DNA from: Phoronis australis
Taxonomy: Eukaryota > Animalia > Phoronida
Length of the DNA: 64,000 nucleotides
Assembly (NCBI GenBank): GCA_002633005.1
Contig: NMRA01000849.1
Location: 1-64,000, forward strand
Direction of reading: 5' to 3'
The position numbers and the translations under genes are program-made. Positions 27,948 through 39,670 of the stretch are shown piece by piece; the first letter of the stretch is position 1, and each line of letters starts with the position of its first letter. The notes beneath the pieces are model-generated. The model did no database searches and was not told where the DNA came from. It saw only the letters and a program-made list of their open reading frames with translations.

Positions 27948-30144
27948 TATGCTACAGCTAGTGCTGCGAAGCCTTGACTTGTGATGAACTTCTCAGACAC
28001 GTTCAGCAACTGTTACACTCGTCGATTCAATAACCTGCTGTCTCTATAGCTGGCTCTCTATTGACTATCGCTTTAACTGCTGATTCTCTTCACTGCAACT
28101 CAACTGTAATTCTCCTGGTTAACTTTCTTGAACTGACTTGATCTTACTTAAACAGACTTGATCCGCCTAACACAAACCCGTGCTTGTGTATTTATAGCTT
28201 ATTGCATTGTTCTGGAACTTTGCATGAATTCAAGCACATTCTAGAACTTTCCTGAATCTACCCATTCATTCTACAAGCAATATCGTATATTGGCTAACAT
28301 TTATCGCACAACCTGTATTTCTTCCGGAACAAACGACTTTAACAAAAATTTTCTTAAGGAGAATTAATGTTGCAAGCCAATTTGATAGAAAGAACACCCA
28401 TTTTAGTTCACGATAGTTTGATTTATTTCAGCCAGTGTTTTATTGCCTTGGAGTCATCGCTAATGCAGCAATTACCCTGATCCACACGAAAGGAGCGAGA
28501 GCAAAGTTTCTGATGGCGACGGGTCTTGACTACCACCTTAGTTGCAAATGACAAATTTTTAAAGACATTTTGGTGGAAGGAAATATAAGCACGCATTTAT
28601 CTGCTGGCAGGTTGACAGATTTTTACCAGTGAAACAGCAGACGATCGCCTTTGAGAAAGGCGGGCTAGTTTAAAATATGGCGGTATAGTCCCGTGTTTTA
28701 AGCAGCTTAAAAAGATGAAAGAAATATCAGTGTTCCTATGATGTCAAACCTATCTGAAATAGTGGTGGTAGCAACTGATCAAACCGTGACGTGTATACGT
28801 AAAAATGGGAGGTCTAGCTGGGGAAATAAAAAATATTTTGCCACTCTGAAAGGACATGATCATTTTGCTCAAGCCTCGTCTATGTCGATAGTTTAAGGGG
28901 TCAATTGTCCGAAAAAGCTGACTGTCGGCTTTCTCGTTCTATTTTGTTAATGTTTCTTAGGCCGAAGCACATATAAATAAACACACAGTTTAGACATTCT
29001 ACTATTAATGGACGCGAAGCCACGTGTCTCATGAGGCGCCATTTTTTGTGTTGCAGTCCACTGTCAACAACACGCGCGGTTGTAGGTAGATAAGGGAACT
29101 TGGTATTATTAACCCTTTTGCTACATCGCATAAAAACTCATACTAAACATCGCTGACTTCGACGTTGGCCATTCTTGCCTCGTCCCTCTTTCAATGAAAC
29201 TTAGTTCAAATCACCCACTAAATCACTGTGCTCTAAAAATATAGAAGCTTGTTCCACACAAAATTGTTTTGTACTGTTCGTTACCAGCGTTTCTAATGAT
29301 CCGGTGACCGCAGCCATAGCCGACTGGTCACCAGTTCTCGAAAAATGTCTGCCTCGAAAGTTCAAATTAACGCAATGTTGTATTCTGTATATTGTACTGT
29401 GTCGTCGTTAATTTAGTAATAATAATGATAATGATCTTGATAATGGTTCTAATGATAAAAATAACGAGTAATAATAGTGAAAGTAGTAATAGTGCAGTAA
29501 TAGTAGTAATCGTAGTAAATGGTAGAAATATAAGTAATAGTAGTAATAGTTATGTAATACTAATGAAATGATAATGGGAAGCTAAATTCACGCACTGTCA
29601 GCCCAAAAGGCATTTCTACAAAACGGGTATACGCCAAGTGCTGCCCAAAAGGGTGTTTTCACAATAAAAAATACTCTCCAAAATGGTGCCATTTTCGACA
29701 AAGGACTACCCAAAAGGGTTTCTTTTCTGGATTTTCTGGAACAGATCTGTGCAAAAATGTGAATGTTTACACACACTTACTCTCTAAATGGGTCACCTTT
29801 TTGTCCGAGCCCACTCTCTAAATGGGTAGGTATCCAATTTTTGGGTGACATCCCTCGTCTTAAAATACTCGAGTAGCCCCCCGGCCGTGTCATATACCAC
29901 TTGTTCCTGATTTTAGTCGTTTTCTTTGTAATATGATGCTGGTTTCGTAAAATGCGACAATGGTACATTTCTCGCATACGCATTCGACGTAAATTGTAAC
30001 AATTATGTAAAATGTAACAACTTGTCACAATTTAGGAGAGCCTTAGCAACGTAAAATGTAACAATGACGTAAAATGTAACAGTTGTTAGATTTTACGAAA
30101 TTGTTACATTTTACGGCGTATCAGTGCACTACTGCTCTCTACAG

Positions 30145-30303
30145 GCAAATGCCAGTTGCTTTTTTGGCGACTTCCTGAACATGGTTGGAAGTTATGTTTG
30201 TGAACAACTCGACATTCCTGGGGACAGCTACGAGAGTAACAAGGTGTGTTTACTGAAAGATATGACGCAGGAATACGTGCTTAGAATCCCGGAAACCGCG
30301 AAG
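30145..30303 (+). CDS. CARNS1-like: ATP-grasp ligase paralog 2, exon B
   Basis: ctacag|ANASCFFGDFLNMVG...IPETAK|gtgagt; 159 nt. Confidence 0.85.
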
Positions 30304-30788
30304 GTGAGTGATTATAAAAATGTGTGGATACAAAGATCGGTCACCCTTTAATGTGGGGGTAAGTTACGATTGGGGAAAGAAAACACATACTTTTAGTAGC
30401 CTAGAATCTTCCTGAGAGTCTCGCAGGTGAATTGATGAACACTAGTGATGACAACAGTTGAGACTCGATGAGTGTTGTAAGATCACAGTCAAAGACCCAA
30501 TGATCACAGGGCTGGCGCTTACCCCATTACAATAGCTGGATACGGTCTACGGGCCGGAAATTTGCAAAAGTTTTGCCCTCAAATGGAAAATATTTACCTT
30601 TATGTAGCTCGACTGACCTACGCAACTTTTTCAAATAAACGTGCTTGTTGTCATAGGTGAGTTCAATCTTGCGAACAGATGAATTTGTTAAGCTGTGTCT
30701 AGACGGCCAGAAGTCCCAGCACAATTCCCCCCATTTCTCTCTCATTTTGCCATCTAGATATCTCAGTCACTAGTGTTTATTATTACAG

Positions 30789-31007
30789 TATGGGGTGCCT
30801 AGCTACTCTGTGAACACTGAGAAAGAACTACTGGCGGTGTCCGCCAAATTAACGTTTCCTGTTGTCATGAAACCTCTGTGTGGAAGTTGTTCTATTGGAT
30901 GCAAAGTTCTCTACGACACGACCGACTCTTTAAATTTCTTAGGAGAATTAGCCACTGGTATGGTTTGTGGAACAGCAGTGTGTGGAAGATTTTCATACAC
31001 TCAGTCG
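30789..31007 (+). CDS. CARNS1-like: ATP-grasp ligase paralog 2, exon C
   Basis: ttacag|YGVPSYSV...FPVVMKPLCGSCSIG...YTQS|gtaagg; 219 nt. Confidence 0.88.
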
Positions 31008-31538
31008 GTAAGGTTTGGTGCTAATAGCTTGAGAGAGAAGGTTTGTGGTAAAGACAGAGACCGGTGGTTAGGTACTTACAACGACCAATAGCAGCATGTG
31101 AAAAACTGTTATAAGCGCAGTCGGTAATGTTTTGTGTTGTAAAGGATGGGGTAAGGAATGGTAAACACAGTGAGCAAAAGTAAAATATAGCTAAAGCGTT
31201 TCGTTTTTCAATGTCTTCATAACCCTACTTTTTTAAGATTAAGCTAATCCGTCACATACGAACTTTTGGACGGTTGCAAACTGTTTGCACCATGAATCAC
31301 TATTAGCAGCAAAATCATTATTTGCAGCTCATTGACCTCTTATTGAAATTCAGTGTAAAGTTCACATCAGTGAAATCCAAATTTGCCAGATGCTGCTAGT
31401 GAAGAAAGGGTTATGCTTATAGAAATGCCATTATTCTGATAATTGCATATCTTTTGCTCTTGACCGTAGGGACCTTTCTTGATTTGTGCCACATAGCAAA
31501 TATCGAGTCCCCGACTGAAGACATTATTTATTTTTCAG

Positions 31539-32234
31539 GTGCTTGTGATGGAATACCTGAAAGGTGTCAAATATTCAGTTGACGTGGTAATTTCGCAAGG
31601 AAAACTTATTGGCGGCTTTGTTGTTGAGAGAGGACCTGCCCCACTTCCGGAATTTTGGAACACTTCTGTAATCGTTCCTGGCGCCTCAGCCGAAGTACAT
31701 GAGGAATTGGTCGAAGCTTCGTATCAGTGCTGCTTATCTGTCGGTCTTCGCCACGGAGTCTACAACCTCGATTTTATCCATGACAAAGGAAACGCCTCGC
31801 CAAAGTTAATAGAAATCAACCCACGTCCTTCAGGTAATAAGATGGGCTCATTACTTGAATTGGCGTACGGTAATGATGTTGATGTAATAAATGCAAAGCT
31901 CCGCTGTGGCATAGATCTTTCCCCTGACGAGATGAAGATCGAACCGAAAAGACACGCGGCTGCCTATTACTTCTATTTGGACTGGCGCAAAGAGAAGTTG
32001 AAAACAGCTTATGGCCACATGCTATCAAATGCTAAAAAATATGATGTCGGAATGATTAATCCAGGCCCGAAAACAATGACTGAAATGATGTACGAAAAAC
32101 CCATCTACCTGGATTTGGCTCTCATAGTGGTGACGTCCGACGAATCAAGATGTGGGGCGATCAATAAATTATGTCGGTTTCTCGTTGATTCAAAGTACTT
32201 CGACAACACGGAAGAAGCATTATCGCAGTTTTAA
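31539..32234 (+). CDS. CARNS1-like: ATP-grasp ligase paralog 2, terminal exon D
   Basis: tttcag|VLVMEYLKGVKYSVD...GVYNLD...LIEINPRPSG...stop; 696 nt. Confidence 0.9.
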   Translation: MLVMEYLKGVKYSVDVVISQGKLIGGFVVERGPAPLPEFWNTSVIVPGASAEVHEELVEASYQCCLSVGLRHGVYNLDFIHDKGNASPKLIEINPRPSGNKMGSLLELAYGNDVDVINAKLRCGIDLSPDEMKIEPKRHAAAYYFYLDWRKEKLKTAYGHMLSNAKKYDVGMINPGPKTMTEMMYEKPIYLDLALIVVTSDESRCGAINKLCRFLVDSKYFDNTEEALSQF

Positions 32235-32396
32235 AAGAAACGATTTTTATATGTTAACTTTTGCAGATTACCTGCTAACGCCTTGTTCCCTTAAGTAAGT
32301 AATTCAGCGACCTTCTCAGTTAAAATGCAACTCGACATTGATGGATTACGGCAATTAACCCGCCTTCCACAAAAAACATGCGTCTTAATACATAGA

Positions 32397-32873
32397 GACT
32401 TTGTACCACTATTTTGTCATGATAGATTTACCTTTTATTTCGCCGACCCGTGGTCTCTTTTTCATGTTTGAACACTAGCTTCTTGGGACGATATATATAT
32501 TCTCACTACGTATCTCGACCAGTAAGAGTGTATATTTTGTCAGTAGCACTTCAAAGAGGCAACATCGTACTACCAACCACCAAATATGGAATCAATGTTT
32601 ATAGAGGAGAAACAGCACGTTAACGTGGGTACTTACATTCAGTAACAATTTGACTATTTTTCGATATTTCATGCGGTGATTACTTTTTAATTATAGGAAA
32701 ATATATTAAGGGTTTTTTGAAAAAAATGTGGAACACCCCTGTTGTCCTCCACCTATGATGGTGGAAGTTCTTTGCAAGCCTATAGTGACAAATTGTCCAC
32801 ATTGTAATTGTGATCATACATCCTTGAACTGTTAGGTCTAAGGTATAGAAGCGCGTAATCAATATGGACCTTG
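32397..32873. repeat. Segment with a diverged inverted copy at 39208-39660
   Basis: gtcctccacctatgatggtggaagttctttgc (~32744) vs gcaaagaacttccaccatcataggtggaggac (~39290); colinear across ~450 bp. Confidence 0.9.
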
Positions 32874-35089
32874 GGAAGCAATGTTGCACACAGATTACAC
32901 CTGCCCTCTGGTACATGTAGGCCTACGTCAAGTTCCACTTACACATTTCTTTTCGTTTCAAAAAGAGACGCAAGGCACTGACAGTACAGCTAGCGTGATC
33001 ACACGCTTAGATTGCCATCATGCGCTGACCTGAAATACCTCGCGAATGTTTGCGTGTTCTCGTTTCTCAGTGTAAGAATCTTTCGTATGCACCAGTAGGG
33101 CTTAGACGTTTCCCCGTTGTACACTTATTTACGGCGACAAGACTAAATAACACGCTAATTAACAGCATGTATTTCAGAGCGGACAACTAGTGGTTGGATT
33201 AATTATTTTCGCGCAAGTTGACTGCATTTGAAATTTTTTAATGCCGGCTGATTGTCGAGTGCTGGCTTAGGAAGTGGTTTTGGTTGTTTCGGTACGTCAA
33301 AACCGCTGATATCTATCCCATAAGTTCCACATATTTAAGCCCGCTACAAACTCTCACTCCGTCCAAGGAGCTACCTTTGATTCAGATCAGTTACCACAGT
33401 AAACTTGGTCTCAACTTGTTCCTTACTCAGAAGAGCAATGATTTCGGGTTTCCAAATTGAATTTACAATTCTTTATTCATTGAGACCATATGCGCATTGT
33501 CAAGCCAGCTTGTAGACTCATGTCTTAAGCAATAACGAACTGCCTGTTCTTTCAAAACTTTGAAATCCTCTCCATTTTGGGTAAAGTATTTTACTTCGAT
33601 TTCACAACGGTGTGTGGTCTAAAGTGGGCAATAGTTTGATATAACGTGCACGCATTTTGAGAATCAGTTTGATGTTCGTTATGTAGTGGGGAAAACTAGT
33701 TCTCAAAATTCGGGCACTTTATATCAGACCATTACCTTAAAGTGAACAAAACTGAAAGTGACTATTTAGTAACAACAATTAAGAGTGAACACTTACTGCT
33801 CCGAAGCTTATAAATAAGATACTCATGCAACACGTAATCTGTTTTGTAAGATATTAGTAGATAATTAAAACAAGCACAAATGTTATACAATAATTGATGA
33901 ACATGCATATTACAGACTGCACGATGTCTTTATCTAAAAATGGTACACTAATATTTGGCATTTTTCGCAATAAACCTGACTGCCTTTGCCAATGTCGTTT
34001 CCAACAGTCCATATGGCCACTTCATTTTCAACGATTCTTCACCAATAAAAAATTTGAAACGATGGTAGGCCATAGAGGCTACGCGAGAACTTCATTCCTG
34101 GCATTTTCTTTTTGCGCTTTCTCAATCCAGTGACACGTTGTTCACTTTGAAACACGAATGGTCAATGTAACGAAATTCGCTTGGACAATACAGTTTAACC
34201 AGAATTAGTTCAAGGGAGGACAATGACTTTTCGTTTTGATATCTCCCGTCCTGGATTAACTTAGAAACATTTAGTATGTCTTTAAATTCCGTTTGGATGG
34301 TGTTAAGAATTGTCGATTGAAAGCCCCGGTTGCTTTTTTCTTCTTCTTTCAGTCAAAAGATGACTGACCCTTTGAGAACAGATTTCTTCAAAGCAGCCGA
34401 AACACCGGGAAAGACGCGATCAGATTACTCGGCACAACGACTAGGTGAAGATTAAGCGCTGAACATTTTTGAAAATAATGGATTCAAAAAGTTCTTAGCT
34501 AAATACAAAGAGGCCCTTCAGGAAACCAAAGACCAACAAAAGTCCTCAACACTGTAATAGCACTGACAGTGCAGTTTGTCAGGGAAACAAAAGTAATATC
34601 GCATTGTAAAGATTCATACCTCGCGAAAAGACAGTTCTTACATGTCAACCAAACCAGTTATTAATGTCAGTCACAGCGCAAGCCATGTATACATGAGGAT
34701 AGGGCGTCATCATTCTCCCTCAAACACGATTTGCGAACGAAAGAACAAAGACAGGTAACTTGTCCCACAGAACAATGACACGTTACGGAGAAAGAACGAG
34801 GACCAGCACCAGTAACTAATTAAAGCATGTAGCTGACTTCAGAATCAACTGAACACATGCCTGAATAAAAAACAAACAATCAAAGTAAAAGAAGTTCATC
34901 TTCATAATATTTCACAAATAACATAATTTTATTATTTTGTGTATCAGAATCAAATATGTATTAACAATTAACATCCCCCCTTACTTAAAACCTCTTTCAA
35001 GTAAACCTCAAAAATCCTAAGTTGCAAACAAACCGCACTGTACTAAAAGTTTTTCCACTACCCTAGTAAACTAACTAACTAACACTGAA

Positions 35090-38000
35090 CTAGTGCGTCT
35101 CATAGTCTTCCAGATATTTGGGTGGGTTAACCACTCTTCCCGCCCGCGTTACAATTCGAAACCTTTCTGAAGATTCTAGCGAGGGTCACGGAGGTTCCTG
35201 TGTAGCCTACTGGAATCTCTAGTTGTTTGCATATCCGACGGTACAGTTAACTCAGGAGTCGGGGATTCGACAGATTCGTGATACGGACGAAGGTCGTGTC
35301 TGTCGCGACGAAGTAATTCCTGAACGAACTCGACTGAATGAGACCTGTTGGACAGCTGCTTATGTACTTTCACATCTTTCCATTGTATGCGATGAGAGTT
35401 AAAGTCCCTGACTAGGACTGGTGCTCCTTCTTTAATGGTTCAAGAGGCCTGATGTTCTTGTTGTAAAACTTAGCTACTTGTTTTCTCCGATTCTCTTTTT
35501 CTACTCTGTTTCTTAGAGATGGGCCATCTATTTTCAACAACGACGGCAACGGTGTTCTCGTGGATCTGCCCAGCAACCGCTCTATGGGACTCGTTGACAA
35601 GGTAGCTGTAGAAGTATTACGGTATTCTAGTAAGGCTAACTGGGGATCATTAGACCTCTTCAGTAATCTTTTCGCAATTTTGACCGCCGATTCTGCTTTT
35701 CCATTAGAGCGGTAGTGGTGCGGTGACGACAAAGTGTGATGAAAGCTCCACGCTTTGCTGACCTCAGCAAACTCTCTGGACGTGAACTGGGCTGCATTGT
35801 CGCTTTGGAGGAAATGTGGAACACCTAAACGCGCACATACACGTTTCAACGTGTTCACAGTGGTACTCCAAGTAGCATCTTCCAGCTTTTCCAACTCTAG
35901 ATAATCTGAATGATAGTCCACTGTCACCAAGTAATCAACACCCGCATGTGACATAAGATCGATCCCCAACTTTAATCCATGGCTGATCCGGTATTGAGTG
36001 TTGGAATAGCTTATCTGCGGAGTTGCGTGGAGCATATCTTTGACACGAGTCCCATTGTTCGATGATGCGACGTATGTCTTTACATGTAGTTATACCGGCC
36101 AAAAGATTGTTCGTCGAGCTCGTCGCAGTGTTGAAGCTAGCCCCTGATGGCTGGCGTGTATCAAACTCAACATGTGATTTCTCAAAGATTTCGGAATTCC
36201 AATCTTATTCCCCTTGATCACCAAACCATGATCTATAGCCAGTTCCTAACGAACTGATCAGAATGGTGCCAAGTCATCAGTGCACTGCTGCCAATCCGAG
36301 GCGATGCTTTGGCATAAGTTTTGAAGTTATTTTTCGTCCTTGGTACATGTATGATTGCGCACCAACTCTAGCATCGGATCTACAAGTGGCGGATCAGCGG
36401 TGATCCTTGCTTTTTCAATGGAGGAAAAACATGATCGTAATCCATGTCTATCGCCGTTTCGGTAAGGGGATTTCTCAACAACATGTCGGCCGTTATTTGT
36501 TCTGCCCCCGGTCTCCATTCGATTTTGAATGCATATCTTTGAAGTGTCAGGATCATAGCTTGCAAGCGTCTCGGAGCCAGTAACAGTGATCTGTTGAGAA
36601 TGTACACCAACGGCTGATGATCTGTTTGAATTGTAAGCTCTGCGTGGCCAAACAGAAATTGCTCAAACTTTCTTGTTGCAAAAAACAATTGCTAGACACT
36701 CAAGCTCAGTCGGGGCATATCTTTTTTCTGCGTCATTTAGCGAACGAGATGCATAATCTATAGGTCTGCCTTCTTGCATAAGAACTGCCCCCAGGCCAGC
36801 TGTGCTTGCATCTTTCTGAATGGCTGCTGGTTTCCGACTGTCAGAATACTCCAGCACATTGTCGATACTAACTTCGTTTACCAACTTTACATACTCTTGT
36901 TGCAGGCCAGTTCCCCACACAAAACTAGCTTTTGCAGCTTGTAAAAGACGAGGGAGTGGTTCGCACTCAGCCGATAAGTTCGGAATGAACTTAGACGTGT
37001 AACTAATATGTGCCAGGAATTGGCGTACTTGGTCAACATCTTTGGGCGGGGACATTTCACGAATGGTCTTGAATTTCTCCGGAATCCGGCTTGACGCCCT
37101 TTGCGGTCAATACATGCCCAATATAGGGGAATTCTTCCTTTAAGAAGACACATTTCCTTCTGTTAAGTTTAAGACCAGACTCTAGCAGTAGCAGTTGCTT
37201 TAAATTTTGATCATGGTCCGCAAGGTCACAACCATAAATAAGTTTGTCGTGTGCAACGACCGTTACCCCCTTTAAGCCGTGTAGAACATGGGTAAGTCGC
37301 CTCTGAAATTCTTCTGGGGACGTTGAAAGACCGAAAGACATTCGCAGCCACTTGCACCGCCCTCCTGGTCCCCAGAATGTGGTAAGCTCTGCTGACTTGT
37401 CACTAAGGCGTACTTGCAGAAATCCGTCGCTAGCATCACATAGAGAAAAATGTTTCGCTCCTGCGAATTCAGGCAAAACATTTTCGATACAGGGCATAGT
37501 GAAATGGTTGCGTTTTACAGCTGAATTCAGATTTTTGGGGTCTAGGCACAAACGTATCTGACCGTTCGCTTTCCGGACCGGTTGGGCGTGACAGATCCAT
37601 TCGGTAGGATGGTTTACCTTAGCTATAATGCCGCGCTCCTCCAACTCGTCGAGTTTCTTTTGCACGCTGGCTTTCATAGACAAAGGAATTTTGCGAGGTT
37701 TAACCTGGACCGTTCGTACCTGCTCATCTAACTCTATGTGGTATTCCCCAGGAAGCGTCCCGAGGCCGGTAAACACGTCTGAGAATTCTTTCAGAAGGGT
37801 ACCCAAACCTTCCTGAACTAGACTGACGCTTTCGCACACTGTGATGAAACCATACTCGACACACAATTTGCCTGAAAACAAACTGGGGTGTTTGGTATAT
37901 ACCACCAAACACTGCGACTCTCGGTCACTCCCATTAACTGCAGTGCGCAGCTTGCAGGCCCCCAACGCTTTTAGTTTCGTGTTATTGTACACGTCAATGG

Positions 38001-38130
38001 TATGCGGAGTTGGTATCAACGCTGGGCTTCCCAATGTTTCATAGTCGCCGTAGGCTAGAGTGTTAGTAGTTGTTCCCAAATCCAATTGGAATTTTAATCT
38101 CGTTTTGCCCTCGCGGCACTGTATGGGCAA
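35090..38130 (-). pseudogene. Gypsy pol (PR-RT-RH-IN), frameshifted
   Basis: ORF pieces 37057-38130, 36663-37055, 36380-36688 and 35412-36035 lie in PR-RT-RH-IN order. Confidence 0.9.
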
Positions 38131-38211
38131 GTGCGCAAACCATTTGCAACCACAATGGGATTGTGAAACGTTAATCAGGTAGGCTTCCTCATCGGAGGAC
38201 GCTTAAAAAAT

Positions 38212-39044
38212 TTATGTGTCTGACTGGAGAAAATGATTCGTCTGTTCATTACTTTGTTTTGCGCTGGGGCAACAGACGGCATAGTGGTTACGGCGGTTAC
38301 AGTTGTGGCACGTTTTAGTGTATGCCGGGCAACGACGGGGAGCGTGATTTGTTGCATAATTGCCACACACTTGTGGCTGCTGAGTCGATGGTCCTTTCTT
38401 AGGTTTTGCATTGGTTTTAAACGCTTTCTTAGATTTTGCAAAGGTTTTAATGGCATTTACCGCTTCATCCTTGCGGACACTTTTCAGGTCTAAAGCAGCG
38501 GTCTCATCTGCGCGACATATTTTTAACGCCTGATCCAATGTAATGGCTTACTCTTCAAAACGTTTTCTTCTCGTTCGTTCATTGTCGATACATATTAACA
38601 ATACTTGTAGTATCAAGCGGTCGTACATGTACATTTCAGTGGGGAACGCGCAGTCACGCGCTATCGCGTGCAGTTCAGTTCAGTTACGTAGCCTTCTATA
38701 GACCTACTGCCTTGAAGTTAAGTGAGTAATTTATGTGTCTGAGCGACAACGTTTATCCGCGGTTTACAAAACCGTGGACGCTTTTCCAGTACCTTTACGA
38801 GGTCTTCTTTGTCTATTTCTGCTTTCCATTTGAAAGAGTCAAAAATATCATTCCCATATTCACCAATTGTTCTCTGAGGCAGAGCCACCTTGACTTTGTC
38901 CGCTACATTGTCTCGGTTTGTGGCTGTCAAGAAACTTTCGAAATTCCTCTGAAATCTTTTCCATTGTTCCGGCAGGTTTCCACCCTGGTTTAAGGGTTCG
39001 AGCGCTAGAAACTTATCCGCGACATTCCTCACTCGGGGCACCAT
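38212..39044 (-). pseudogene. Gypsy gag, frameshifted
   Basis: ORFs 38718-39044 and 38212-38538, the latter with a CCHC knuckle. Confidence 0.85.
39026..39043 (-). other. Primer binding site complementary to the elongator tRNA-Met 3' end
   Basis: Minus strand TGGTGCCCCGAGTGAGGA directly after LTR end ...TTTACA; recalled animal tRNA-eMet ends ...CCTCACWCGGGGCACCA. Confidence 0.75.
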
Positions 39045-39207
39045 GTAAATAGTTCGTGTGTCAGTGCAGTAGTAGTGACGATGTTGTCTGATATGTTCAA
39101 CCGCGTACTACTTAAATGTAACTGACCACCATTGTGTCAAGAACCGGAAACTGTTTATTGTTGTGCTCTAATGAACAATGCAGTACGAACATATAAACAT
39201 ATAAACA
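39044..39207 (-). repeat. 5' LTR, 164 bp
   Basis: TGT...ACA termini, minus-strand AATAAA, adjacent PBS; outer end coincides with the start of the interrupted repeat (39208). Confidence 0.7.
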
Positions 39208-39670
39208 CCAAGGTCCATATTGATTAGACCTAACAGTTCAGGGTTACATGATCACAATTACACTGTGGAAAATCTGTTGCTATAGGCTCGCAAAGAACTT
39301 CCACCATCATAGGTGGAGGACAAAAGGGGTATTCCACATTTTTCCTATAATTGAAATGTAGTCACCACATGGAATACGGAAACAATAGTCAGTGTTACTG
39401 ATTGTAGGTACCCACGTTAATGATATTAATGTGAAGTGCTGTTTTATCCTTTATAAACATTGATTTCCTTATTTGGTGGTCGGTAGTACGATTTTGCCTC
39501 TTTGAAGTGTCACTGCCAAAATAGGGCCTATTCACTCTTAATGATCGAGATATGTCGTGAGGATAAAAATCGTCCCAAGAAGTTAGTGTCCAAAAATGAA
39601 AAAGAAACCACATGTCGTCGAAGTAAAAGTAATCTATCATGACAGTAGTGATACAAAGTATCTGTATAGG

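Larger units (their letters stand above)
34971..39207 (-). mobile_element. Ty3/Gypsy LTR retrotransposon (Mag-like), degenerate
   Basis: gag (EQWKRF...; zinc knuckle CHNCNRRNHYAVCC), protease (FQLDLG), RT (IRLCLD, LRMSFGL, degraded VAHDKLIYG), RNase H (DAS..GLGAVL, TDHQPL), integrase (VDYHS, SDNA, NGKAE) ending TRAGRVVNPPKYLEDY; many frameshifts; PBS and PPT present. Confidence 0.93.

Noticed and set aside
27787-28344. Possible solo LTR (TG...CA, minus-strand TATA, TTCTAGAA motifs)
   Set aside because: No matching TSD or second independent copy
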